DNA of 61,689 bases, counting the filler, from Globobulimina sp. (Eukaryota): assembly GCA_003354225.1 (NCBI GenBank). It is 9 parts of 9 records of this genome, joined end to end, with 100 filler letters (N's around TTAATTAATTAA, not from the genome) between each part and the next. Parts side by side here need not be neighbours in the genome. Positions count along the whole stretch, not along the records: positions 6,891 to 13,672 come from PIVH01000239.1; positions 13,773 to 20,554 come from PIVH01000240.1; positions 20,655 to 27,428 come from PIVH01000241.1; 6 more parts are not named here. One strand, 5' to 3'. Of this stretch, positions 11,901 to 22,968 are shown in pieces. The position numbers were made by a program, and so were the translations under genes. A model generated the notes under the pieces. The model saw only the letters and a program-made list of their open reading frames with translations, was not told the origin of the DNA and did not search any database. Each line of letters starts with the position of its first letter. Within the stretch, counting starts at the first letter, position 1.

Positions 11901-13305
11901 CATCAGATGTTTTTTCCATTTTGCTTTCAGCATCAAATACAATGAAATACTTTTGGAAAACATCTGTCACATCGTACAAGAGAGTGCCAAGCTTTTCTAG
12001 TTTATCCACCAAGCTTGCACCTTTTTGGTATGTTCCAGACTTTACTACAATTCTTGAACCTCCTTTACATTTCGATTCATGTCTATCACATTCCCATTTA
12101 GTACGAACGAATCGAGCACATTTTGAACACTGGAATCCACCGAGAAACGTTTCCTCATGTCCTGGTTTGATCAAACAAAAATGTTTATCTTTGAAAACAA
12201 ATACCTGGCAAATACCATTTTTCTTTCCTTCCTGAGGCAATCGATATAATACCTTACAATCGGGGTTTTCACAGCTCATACTGTACACCTTTATCCCCAC
12301 ATCGAAACAATTTTCAACGTGTTCAAGTTCACCTAAAGCTACGCCTGGAAAGTTTTTTAAATTTTCACCACGTTCAATACAATAGATGCGAGCTAATCGT
12401 TTTGCTTCATTCTCACATTTTTGTTGTTTTTTGTTCTTCAGAAATACGGCCAAACATCGGAACAGACAAAGCCCATCATTTAGTAAATTTTTACCATTGG
12501 AAGTTGTAATAAAACAGAAAACGTCATGTCGATTTGTGAGTGATTCAGGGAACTCGTCTACACGTAAATCTCCTCGCAACGGAAAACCTTCCAGTGCTGT
12601 AACAGTTATTACAATGTTAGTTGTTTGTAAAAATATCCATGCAGAGTTAGGTGCAACATTTGTTAATTTTTCAAAGAAATCTATATTAGAAAGCTTTTTT
12701 TCAGCGCTCGCCAAGTCATGTTTTGATGTAATTATTATTGGTGTGTCATTTAAGTTGAACTTTGGATCAAATCCTGGGTGAAACCATCTTAGTTCACCCG
12801 TTACGCGGTCCATCAAAATCGAACCCGTCTGTATGTTAGCCTTGAAGATTGATCCTCTCCCTCTGGGCGATGCCTGCATGTGGTAAACCTTAACTAATTT
12901 TTCAATAATAGTTTTAGGTGTTAGTGAGCTAGTTTGGAAATTGTATCTGCTCATTTTTTTGTAATGAATTATAGAACTTTTAATTTCTTTCCAGTATATT
13001 GTAATCAATTTTGCTATCTCTTCATCCAACCGTTGACCCATATCATCATCATCGTCAACACCATCTGTTTGATTTTCATCATCTTCGTCCGATATTTCTT
13101 CATCGGTCTTGTCAGCCTCTGTCAATTCTTCATCTATCATTTCTTCCTCTTCCACTTCTCTTGTTGACATACTCTCAAGCATCACCTTTGCTCTTTCAAA
13201 TCCCTCACGTGCAGAATTAGTCATTCTCAGTCTCTCCATTTCCTTTTTTGATGGTGGTGGATCAGTAGCAATTGTGGAATGCGGTCTCTTGTTATTGGAA
13301 GCCAT
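8947..13305 (-). CDS. polB: Protein-primed family B DNA polymerase (Polinton-type pPolB) with vOTU-like domain, Zn finger, 3'-5' exonuclease and inserted VSR-like nuclease
   Basis: ExoI FDAES, ExoII SFNGRSYD, ExoIII YVKID; motif A DSNSQY; motif B KHLGASAWGK; motif C GSDTDS; PGLFKVE...AKCY...AKGV; DGLCLFRCLA...HFCLI; CSKC...HESKC; RPDGY...EFDGCESHGC. Confidence 0.93.
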   Translation of the reverse strand: MASNNKRPHSTIATDPPPSKKEMERLRMTNSAREGFERAKVMLESMSTREVEEEEMIDEELTEADKTDEEISDEDDENQTDGVDDDDDMGQRLDEEIAKLITIYWKEIKSSIIHYKKMSRYNFQTSSLTPKTIIEKLVKVYHMQASPRGRGSIFKANIQTGSILMDRVTGELRWFHPGFDPKFNLNDTPIIITSKHDLASAEKKLSNIDFFEKLTNVAPNSAWIFLQTTNIVITVTALEGFPLRGDLRVDEFPESLTNRHDVFCFITTSNGKNLLNDGLCLFRCLAVFLKNKKQQKCENEAKRLARIYCIERGENLKNFPGVALGELEHVENCFDVGIKVYSMSCENPDCKVLYRLPQEGKKNGICQVFVFKDKHFCLIKPGHEETFLGGFQCSKCARFVRTKWECDRHESKCKGGSRIVVKSGTYQKGASLVDKLEKLGTLLYDVTDVFQKYFIVFDAESKMEKTSDDMFAAKTLYEYEHKPLVLCAATNIPGENAKVFINKENPKQPDQYLKQFLQQVEQWRLMAREINLCRTKYIFDYLDGMIELLENKPKQVQYMKRLQNVRNQLYNHLETINILSFNGRSYDIPLMREHLLPLLNQFGSDANNYYGEEGEINVNDSEDDEIELSDEIICGKQKKQKPGITFLLKQGASRYDAILANKIRILDVLNYLGGQSVSLRMFVRDFAKDQQEKVDKAWFPYKFLKIIHCIDDMKDIGLPTVSDFTSDIDDGNVLGKNEIEIAENYIEFVKLWHKNRCHTLYDWLLEYVKIDCLCMIPAVECLQNQWHQRKIDLFSNHCTIQSAAVPYLLSTAPKIYFSLPDEVTMNLLREKGITGGLAEIFTRHQEAGVTTVGPDSSTKTELIESLDSNSQYLAALASEMPAGPYLVRKAEHKFKPELCGEKRATTAVQWMDYMASKMKFVIRHKLNGGEHVFYNCGQQMRPDGYCHKLDSIFEFDGCESHGCVNPNCKVGKLDGEQISKLTGKTYNQMREQTQKRNEIWQSKYTNLFVKQECEFLEEINTGGELAEFLKTWLLGPQRFGPNTHELSENSMANKLKSGEIFGFALVDLECDPNHPNYEKFKMFPPIIRHLNINRNMISNEVLKIGDENGIKFMKPRCNLVACMTGKQVLMYTPLLKYLCQIGVNVTKVQQVIQYQANQYPFKEYETKIANDRREGDRTGNTVKTNMAKHLGASAWGKFAYNPLKRNTYRIVTDNEVNNIINGPVYVSHLELAGDYSEVELKPRTINYDLPVQIAVAVFGAAKLNLLRFVHSFVLKYFDHTKLAICGSDTDSVIVSWGHSNPESLVHPHLQHEYNQEKYKYLVDNRTPEREAYTKRQPGLFKVEKQAKGFIGLSAKCYIMSDETENTVKHAAKGVSAKTNTNILRFETFKAALYKGRHVEATNISFRTVKNKTGIYTTRATRIGLQPFYIKRKLLGPDLIFTEPLDESLEHSE

Positions 13306-13351
13306 CGTTCAAGCTATTGTCAACAGTGACTGGGTATGAGGAGAAAGGTTG

Positions 13352-13555
13352 TTTATATAATGACTCAAAAAGGTAAGCAATTTGTAATGATTTGAGTGAG
13401 ATGTTAGATTGAGTGACTGCTGAAACATGGTCTGCAGTTTTGAGAGCGAATGGTTTGAGTGATTGACCAATACTAATGACGGTATGGGAGTGAGTGTTGA
13501 GAAAAGAGACAGTTTGAGTAGCCGCCGAATGGTGGCCTACATTGTTGAGAGTCAC
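13352..13555 (-). promoter_or_regulatory. polB promoter: TATA box, AP-1-like site and repeated TTGAG motifs
   Basis: Minus-strand TGAGTCA-T-TATATAAA (13367-13352), ~47 nt upstream of the ATG; seven TTGAG(T/A) copies on + between 13391 and 13555. Confidence 0.55.
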
Positions 13556-13772
13556 TGTTCAAAATAGGGTCTATGACCTCCCCTTCTCCACTACTTCAGG
13601 GCACCGGGCGCAGGCGCACCTTCATATATCTGAAGGCTCAAAAGGGAACAAAAGTTAAAAATAATAACATAANNNNNNNNNNNNNNNNNNNNNNNNNNNN
13701 NNNNNNNNNNNNNNNNTTAATTAATTAANNNNNNNNNNNNNNNNNNNNNNNNNNNNNNNNNNNNNNNNNNNN

Positions 13773-16339
13773 TCATTATCTTCGATGGGAAACAATATGA
13801 AATGACATTCTTTGACAATATTCTGACTGGTCCTATTTTGGATTTTCCTCACCATCTTCCTATAGCCTTTAAAGTCATTGCCATCGTAGCCAATATGTTT
13901 ATACTTCTTTTCATAATATCCATATTCTGTCAATACCCGGTCCAGATCGCGCGGCTCCGGCAACACTGTATTCGGCATAATATTGTATACATCACAGCTA
14001 ATATCCAGATGCAAGTTCAATGACTGTTGGTATCTGAAGCTAGACAGCTGATAATTGAATGAATCAACATATGATTTCGTTTTGGATTGTTCGTATTGCT
14101 CATAATCATGATCATCCGATGCGTGATCCGCAAACGCGATGGGCTTCGAACTCGCAGCATAGTCGAAACTGTACGGGTTCATATAATGCGAGGTGAGGTA
14201 CCGCTCGCTCACCAACACATTGGTTGTGCTGGTTTTTATATTGATGGGCGATTCGTTGCCATTTTGCGCGTGCTCGTCCTGCTCACTCTCATCCATATCC
14301 ATATGCAGCTTATAATAGCCTAACAACGACAATATCTCTATGGACAGCGGACCGAATATCTTTGTGATGAGATCAATTTTCACCTTATGCGTATGCACAA
14401 ACTCGTACAACGGACTTAAATATTGGTCGATGATGCGGTAATGCTCCGTCTTGCGATACAAACACAGATACCACACATTTAGAAACTGAATGAATGGCAG
14501 CATGCCGTACAACAGGATAAAGAAGAAAATGTAGTAAATGCATATTATAATCAAGATAAAAAAGTGTTTCTCTGCAGTTGTGTTGTAAAAATCGTTGATG
14601 ATGACAGTTAAAAGTATAATCAATGGGTGTAACACTGCGAAATATGCATTAAATAGCAAGTGAATGGGCAGCATAATGTGTGTGAATATAATTTCTTTGT
14701 AGAATATGAATTTCTTGCCGTGATTGGAAGGTGAGCCTTCTCTCAAAAACCACTCGAAACCGTTGTAATTTATATCGTAAATGGCAGCAAATGGTAACAA
14801 ATCGGAAGAGAATGTGAATAATAAATGGTGAAACTGCGTGGCAATCAGTCCAAATAACGAGTTTTTTTCGTCCTCTTCTTCGTTATATTTCACTGCGAAT
14901 ATACTTAAATCCAGCTGTTGTTTCCAGTCATTTTGCTTGTTTTTATCCTTCTCGATGGCATTGGCACTCTGTTTCGAGTTTGCAGTGTAATGATTGGAGG
15001 CCGTTGTTGTATGTTGATGCGTTTTTGTGTTTGTATTCGTATTCGTATTGGTGTGTGTCCTCTGGCTCTGTATTTCTGGCTGTTTCATATCGGTGATATA
15101 CCACGTGATGCCTCGTTGTATTTGCTTCAATAATTTGTCGCGATATTCGTTCTGATTCAAGATAAAAAAGGAATAATTTAATAAAAATAAACGCAACGTG
15201 TAATCGTAGGAATTGATTGAATTCTTCATAAACATCATGACATTTTGCCATTTGTTTGCGTGCAAATCAAAGCCTTTGCTGTTTATCCATAAGTTGTCGT
15301 TTATGGATTGAAATATTAAGATTGGATATGTTAACAATATGTTATCGCCCAATACGCATAGATATAATAATAAATATATGGTCATTATTATATAAATTAA
15401 AATAATAAATAAAATGCATATTATCCCACAAATAGCATCTACAAAACAATTTTTTCTGTCACCGACACCAAAATAATAATATATTTTCGTTGCTAGTTCG
15501 AGGCTATGCGGAAATTCGCGGATTTCGTTTATAAATTCAAAGCAAAACAGTGACAGTGCGTACAGTGGCGATATGATAAATGTTTTTATACACATAATCA
15601 GCGAGCAATACCATATGATATTGTTGTCGTGCCATAAAATCATGCAATTGTGCATATGTACGTGTTGCTTGTAATTGTAATTGAAATATATAAATATAGA
15701 TATCAAATAACATGAGATTATAAACCGAAATATGTCCAATATGCAACTTGCAGCATAATATATGCTTATTTTGAGTGAGATGGAACGCCAGAAAGTGCTC
15801 GAGGTTATAAGTAATGTGCTGGTATTGATGGTGATTATGATGCAGCAAATATAGAGTGTGATGTTGTTATACTTTGGATGCGAAAACACTAAAAAAGATA
15901 TTATAGCGGCAATGAATGGCAATGATCTGAAGGAGTATGACATTAATAATATCGTAGACTGCTTGCATTGGGTGTTATTTTTTACGTTTTCATCGTCATT
16001 TGTATCATTTGTGTCGGTTACATCAATGTTGTCGTCTGTGTCTATAATAAGACTGAATGCATAAATTATTAACGGGCAAATATCACAAAATATGAACAAA
16101 AATATGGTTAATATTATTGAAAATTCCTCCAATATCGACTTTATAAAATAATAAGATTGACATATTATCCATAACAGCTTTGTCATACAATATGCGACAA
16201 GCAATGCGATAAAGAATGATGTTGAACAAGACGAGTAACAGTTGATTACAATGTAATAGCAAAGTGCATTCTGAATCACTATTGTAAACGCTAAATATCC
16301 ACACAAAAGAGTCCATTTCTTGCGCACACTCGAGCTCAT
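13773..16339 (-). CDS. Multi-pass membrane protein of unknown function (3' truncated)
   Basis: Long ORF with roughly ten hydrophobic segments; first ATG (MSSSVRKK) at 16339; runs into the spacer. Confidence 0.7.
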
Positions 16340-16411
16340 TTCTACTAACAACTGTAAAGTTTTTTTAATTAAAAAATAAACACAATACTCGCTAGATACC
16401 CTAATTACGAA

Positions 16412-17693
16412 ATGAAAGTCGTTTTATTATGTGTATTGGCATTACCATTGGTGTACGGCCAGCCACTCAGATGTATCTATTCCGGAGGCCCTCGAAACGA
16501 ATATACATTAAATTTAACCACCATCAATGGTCAACGTATGGAATACGTTCAAGATTTCGCCAATCGATATTATTACACGCCATGCAGAAATGGGGAGCCA
16601 TGTGCCCAAGGCACTGAACATCAGTATGGCAATGCAGTGCAATATGGTGCAGAAAACCAATGCCTTCATTATCTATCCGTAGATCATCATGACCGACCGG
16701 ATTATTTTTTTGGTGCCGCCAGCTGGGCCTTCCAATATAGAGACGGTCAGCTATGCGATGTCACGCAGGAACCGCGGCGTACGGACGTATGGTATCAATG
16801 CGATGAGTTAATGCCGTCCGGTGCATATATGTACGATGTTGAAGAGCCGGAAAGGTGTCGCTATGCTATAAGTTAAGTGACATATATATGTATCCTAGCA
16901 CTTGTTTAACGTTTCTGTGTTATGTGCATGTTCTAACATAGTTATTCGCAGTCCATTGGCGTGCGTGACAGAGGATGCTCACAATGCACATTGTCAGTGG
17001 AGACAGCATGATTATATAACCAATGAAACCTATTTTTTAGATTTATCCTCGCAAAATGGCTCGGTTATATATGATCGAGAGACCAGGAATGGTTATCAAC
17101 ATTTTTACTCGCCGTGCAGAAATGGGTTACATTGTTATCAGCAGACAGGAGAAGTTAAAGTAATGTCTATAGTTGAAAACGATTTGACTCATACATGTGA
17201 AGATTATTTGGCAGTGTGGCAAGAGGGGAGAGTGTATCCAGCGTTACATTTAGAGTTTAGTCGAATATATTATATTATCACTTTGCGCGAACGCATGTTG
17301 GTACGGTGACATGTTTCAGATATTTTAAACTGAAAAACTTCAGTAAGTCTTAGTAAAATGCCGGAACATGTCTGATGTTTTTTGTTGTACACAATCTGTG
17401 ATTAACTTATATAATATTAAATACACAGCGTACATGATCCAACGCAAAGTCATTGGGAATTTCATTATTGGCTTTCTCAAAAATGTGCAACAGGTTTTCA
17501 AGGTGAACAAACAATTCGATGGTATTGCAATCCGAGTGTGGCAAATAGTTTGTTGCTTAATGCCACTTACGATGGAGATTGTAGATGGGAAATGAATATT
17601 GCTTCGTCTTTAGCGTGTACAGACAATCAAATGTATCATCAACATAATGGCTTAAGAAAAGATAAAATATTGGATAAGTTATCATATAATTAA
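16412..17693 (+). CDS. Secreted protein with two mannose-6-phosphate-receptor-homology (MRH) domains; spliced
   Basis: Signal peptide MKVVLLCVLALPLVYG; two repeats of YxLxL..., YYYTPCRNG / FYSPCRNG, Y.DG..C...PR.T.V.Y.C, E...C.Y...I.SPLAC; GT-AG introns between ORF pieces. Confidence 0.75.
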
Positions 17694-17892
17694 ACTACAG
17701 TATTAACTTAAAATTGCATCATTTTTTAATTATTTTGTACTCCGTATGTACAGTTTTACAAATAAATTCTTTTGCTGCATAGTTATCTCTCGTACACAGA
17801 GACAGTTTGGAAAATAAAATCCAACTTTTTTCACCATACTATATAGTAAGTTGTGAGTTGTTGCATAATACTTGCATTGGAAGAGAAAAACA

Positions 17893-20554
17893 ATGATGAA
17901 CAGTCTGTGGTTGTTATGCTTGCTCTCAATAATATACATCTGCCAAATGGACTCATCGCCAGTGATGGTTAACCCATTTGTACGGCAACAAACAGTGTCA
18001 TATGGCCAACATCCGTACAATAATAAGCATCGACATCGAGAAGTTAAGTCCGGATCCTCTCTAAAATTATATTCGTCTGCGAGTGTATAAAACAAAAACA
18101 ACAGTTATTGAATTCACAAGAAATGCAAGACGCAATGGATGAGACATGGAGCAATATCCGCATTACGCCATATTTTGATTATTTAGATGAGAATACAGAG
18201 AGTGAGACCGCCGCGGTTTTAAAACATGCGATTTCTGCAGCAATCAGATATTATGAGCAATTCGTTAAAGTAATACATACAGATAAAGCCTTGCGACTAT
18301 CTAAAAGCTGTACATATGACGAGAATGACAGCAAAAATTGTACGACAACCTGTGGTGATACCAACTGTTGAGTTTACATTACATGCATGCAATTCTATGG
18401 CAAATAGGCAACTTAAATTAAACACGCACAGTCGTGATACCATCAGAACACTTAGATACGGGATGGATTGTTGACAATCGATTGAATGAAAGCGGACAAT
18501 GCCAAGTGATGGATGTCGATGCGCCCGGTTTAGGCATTGCTGATACCGATGTATGTCTGTTATGTTATGTATTATTTCATTGCTTGTTTAATATCAATAA
18601 TGTTGCAACATAGCTGGTGGTTTATGTAAGTAACCAAAATTATCGCTGTGCGGGTCGTTCGTGGCAGAGTATGCCTTTTATTTTATTTTATTTCAATATA
18701 TAATATATAATATGTGATATGTAGTGGTATGCGAACAGGACCAATTTGGGCGGCCAATAGCAATCTTATTGAATTTCTGTGGTGTCAGTTACAGAGAGAA
18801 TGAGTTATCATCGAATTTCGAGGAAGTGATTGATTTAACAATGCACGAATTGACTCATGGTTTGATATTAAACAGTGACTATTTCGGCAAGTTTCGCAAT
18901 GCAATGAACGGGAATGCCGTCCAAGAAAATGAAGTGTTGTCGCATAGGAATGGCTCAATGTGGATCATAAGCGGCGAAGTACAGCGCATCGCGCGGCAAC
19001 ATTTTGACTGTGAGCTGCTATTTGGAGCTATGCTGGATTCAACGGACTCGCATTGGGACGCTAGAATGCTAAATACAGAGTTAATGAGCAACAGTGGCTA
19101 TTATATGTATTTAAGCAAATTCACAATTGCTTTGATGAAAGACAGTGGTTGGTATAGAATCGATGATTATTCCTTTGCAGAGCCTTTTTATTTCGGATTT
19201 GAGCGAGGATGTTCCTTTATTTTTGCTGATTGTGTGAGTAAACAATATCGACTCAGTAATTATCCCTTATTTTGGTGTGATTCGTATGATGATATCGGAT
19301 GTTTTTACGATTATTCACAAACATCAACAAAGTGTTTGTATTCAGAGCGGATTGACCAAACTACAGAACATATTCCGTATAAATATCAATATTTTGGCTA
19401 TTCGTCGATTGGAGGACCGCAACAAACACATTATTGCCCATTCTTAAGGTACAGTATTTATTATATATATACATAATTAATTAAATAAATATGATACACA
19501 AATAAATTCAGCCCGCATCATGGCACAAAATGTATAAATGAGCAGACAGACACATCGCATTCGGACAATACCTTCGTGCAAACATTTGGACATAGAAACT
19601 CGCGCTGCGTGCAAACCAACAGTGGGCCAAATAAGTTAACCGCGGCTTGTTTCGATGTGTTTTGTATGAGTTGGAATGCGGAAATGCATGGCTATGACCA
19701 TGTGATTATAACTATCAATGACGGACTTTACATAAATTCCAATGTGAGCTGCTATCGAAATGACGAAGGTGCCACAGTGAACGTTGTGTGTCCGATAGGA
19801 ATGGAATGTTTATCCATCACATGTCCATACATCGACACTCTGTGCGGTTTCAGCCAGCAACCATTCCAATGCTACCATGGCCATTACGACGATGCCTCAT
19901 TGTCATGTATTTGCAATCCGGGCTATAAAGGTCAAACCTGTTTGGATCACGACTTAGGCTTTGAAACTCTGCAATTATTCTCATCATTTGATGCCATTCT
20001 GATCACATATTACAATACGTTTTGCATTTATGGCCTGCAATGGGGCGATGCGCAGATTGTGGAGAATATGAATGGTGTCTGGAAGATCCAAGGTATGGCA
20101 GGCAACGCGAGTCAGAGCAGACAGTATAACCCAGTCTATATTTCGCAGAATAACGCTGCTTTTATTATTTATTACAGTGCGTGCGATGAGAGCTGGTTTA
20201 TTAAAGACACTGCGAATCAAACGATTATTGCAAAATGTTATCATGATAGGTTTGATTGGACCGATTACGGTGCACTGATAAGTTGCACTTCCTTTTGGTA
20301 CATTGACCACCATTCAAACGGTGCTTTTTTACGCGATGTCAATGTCTTAATGTCCGATGGAGATGAAACTGAACAATGTAATGCCTTGCAAGCAAATGTT
20401 GAGCCATTCGCAGATTATGAATATATTTGTGTAGATTTAGCACAGCATAGAGACGGATATTTTGTATCTGGCACTTATATTAAAACGGCAACGATTTCAA
20501 ATGGATATCATTCATGGAGCAAAATGGAGCATGGATCCAATGATGAGAGATATT
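17893..20554 (+). CDS. Leishmanolysin/GP63-like zinc metalloprotease (peptidase M8) with EGF-like domain; multi-exon, 3' truncated
   Basis: Signal peptide MMNSLWLLCLLSIIYICQ; CEQDQFGRPI; HELTHGL zinc motif; SHWD third His; ELMS Met-turn; LSKFTIALMKDSGWY; CICNPGYKGQTC EGF. Confidence 0.88.
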
Positions 20555-20941
20555 NNNNNNNNNNNNNNNNNNNNNNNNNNNNNNNNNNNNNNNNNNNNTT
20601 AATTAATTAANNNNNNNNNNNNNNNNNNNNNNNNNNNNNNNNNNNNNNNNNNNNGAATCTTTGGAGATACAATTAATTGTTGGAAGTGATAACAATAATA
20701 ACAATGTTGTAAAATATATGCTTGAATACATAATGTAATTTGATGTTTTTTGTTTGGTCAATATTAATTGTTATTAATGTCTTTTAGCTGCAAACTACTA
20801 CATTAAAATAGTTTTTTAGCAGCAGAAAACTTTCAGTACTACTTTTAGATGTTCTAAATCACAATCTCAAAAAGTACAAATAAAAAAATTATTGCAATAT
20901 TTATGACCACAGTAATATACAAAAAGAATTTGTTGATGTGA

Positions 20942-22930
20942 TTAAGGTTTTTCTTCTTGAATATTATTCTCATTTTCTTTATTTTCAGCATCTTGAATAT
21001 TTTCAGTATTGTCAGTTTCTGATTGCATATTTTTATAATCTTTGATTTTTTTCTTTTGCAATTGTGACAATATAATATCCCAAACGTCATCAACCACATC
21101 GCCCACAGTAATTTCTTGCACTTTTTTTAACGCAGCTTCTTGTAATTCAACCGACACATTCTCCATTTCAGGGATTTCCTTTATTAAATCTTTTCGGAAT
21201 GGATCAAATATTAAATTTTTTACTTCTTGTTTACGTGTTTCTATATACCCGGAAATAATCGCGGCAGCCAATATATCAACATTTTGATCAGTTGCTTCTA
21301 AATGCATATTGGTATTCGCCACAGCCACATTGCCATTGGTCTCGCTCATTTGGATTTGTTCAGTTAGTGATTTATAAGACTCTTCGATCGGATGTTCTTT
21401 TGCTTCGTATTTCACCTTTCGTCTTTTAATGATTTTACATTTCGTCTTTCTTCGTCTTTCATCATCAATACAAACAAATACAGCAATTACTACGACGGTG
21501 CAACCAAAACAAACAAATACAGCTATTACTACGAAGCCAAATATTTTCATTTGGTTTGCATTATCCTCACTATTGATTGGACACTTTGTATCTTGGTTAC
21601 ATTCGACAAAACAGGTTCCAGAACAATATAAACTTAAATTTAAACAAGCTTGGTATGCCTCACATAATATGGTACAATGATCATTTTCATTGCAAGTTAT
21701 TGATGCACCAAAACCAGATTGATAACCAGTCAAATATACGGTAATATTTATTCCAGAGCTTGCAATATTTGAATATTTGCACGAACCGTCGCCAGTACAA
21801 TAAATATCTGATATTTTTGTTATTGTTGTATCATAACATGACCAATACCCATAACAATAGACAGTCCCTCCATTTCCAGTGATACATCCTCGATAACATG
21901 CAATATCGGCAGAACATTCAACTATTAAACCATTACTTTTTGAGACTATGTCTGATTCTCCGCACGACGACAACCCACTGCACACAACAGACGCTGCATT
22001 GCCATCATATGATATTAAACGAGAACCAGAAGAAGAACGACATGCACTCTCTGCTCTGCAACATATTGGTCCAACATTTGTCGAATATTTAATATCTTTT
22101 CCATCATAATAATTATCAAATGTTTTATCAGTGGTTTGTGTCGAACATTCTTCTTCATTTCTTGTTGTTATTTCTGTTGAATTCCAAAATAAAATATCTG
22201 TTGTATTCTGTTTTAATTTAATACATCTTTATTTTGTAAAAATAGTTTAAATAAAACAACATACCAATGCCACAGTTGTGTTTGTAGTAATATTACATTG
22301 TGCATTACTATCACAAAGTAAATCTAATCCACCGCATCCATTATAAGCACAATGTATATTACAAATACTTCCATTTTTACAATGAATTATGGATTGAAAA
22401 CCTGCATAATATCCATACAAATATGCATCAAAAGTGCCAGATAAAATATTTATTGCTGTTGCAAATAATGATAACGCACCGCTTGCTTTTAATGTACTTG
22501 AACCAGCTGACGAAATTGTTGACTGTGCGCATGATTTATCACCATAACAATAAATGGGTGTGTCTTTGATTGATATATTTGCATTCATTAATGAGTTTGC
22601 TCCACCTCCATGGATCCAACCCGTCGCTGTAATGGATTGATGAAAGCCACTATTTGAACATGAAGATGTCCCATAACAATCAAGGTAATGCGTATCAATA
22701 TGTGGTGTTTGTTTGCATGATAGGGCACCACCACACGAACGCCAATATGCGATAGATGATGGTGATTGGAATAAACTCTTATAACCACGTGCATTGACAG
22801 AATCACCACTGTCACTTCCAATATCTCCTATACATTCCAACTCATTGTCACAATTAATACATTGTTCCTCATTGTCACAATAAGCATAAACATAACCAAT
22901 AAAAGCTGACAAGAAACAAAGAGAGATCAT
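20942..22930 (-). CDS. Type I membrane protein with Cys/Gly/Ser-rich C-x-G-x-x-S-C repeat ectodomain (spliced)
   Basis: Signal peptide at 22930; repeated CYGxxSC units in both ORFs (22247-22930 and 20942-21985); TM FGFVVIAVFVCFGCTVVVIAVFVCI followed by a basic stop-transfer segment. Confidence 0.75.
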
Positions 22931-22968
22931 GGTTTAATAACACAAACAGTTTTTTTACGCTAAGCATC

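Larger units (their letters stand above)
6891..13672. mobile_element. Polinton/Maverick- or adintovirus-like element fragment (whole contig)
   Basis: Intronless protein-primed PolB of Polinton type plus a small TM ORF, each with a TATA box; no host-type genes on the contig; no TIR, integrase, ATPase or capsid visible. Confidence 0.75.

Noticed and set aside
6891-13672. Terminal repeats or circularity of the pPolB contig (AACATAA at both ends); also its bidnavirus-segment-like size
   Set aside because: Only a 7-nt AT-rich direct match and no inverted termini; every contig in the window is ~6.8 kb.
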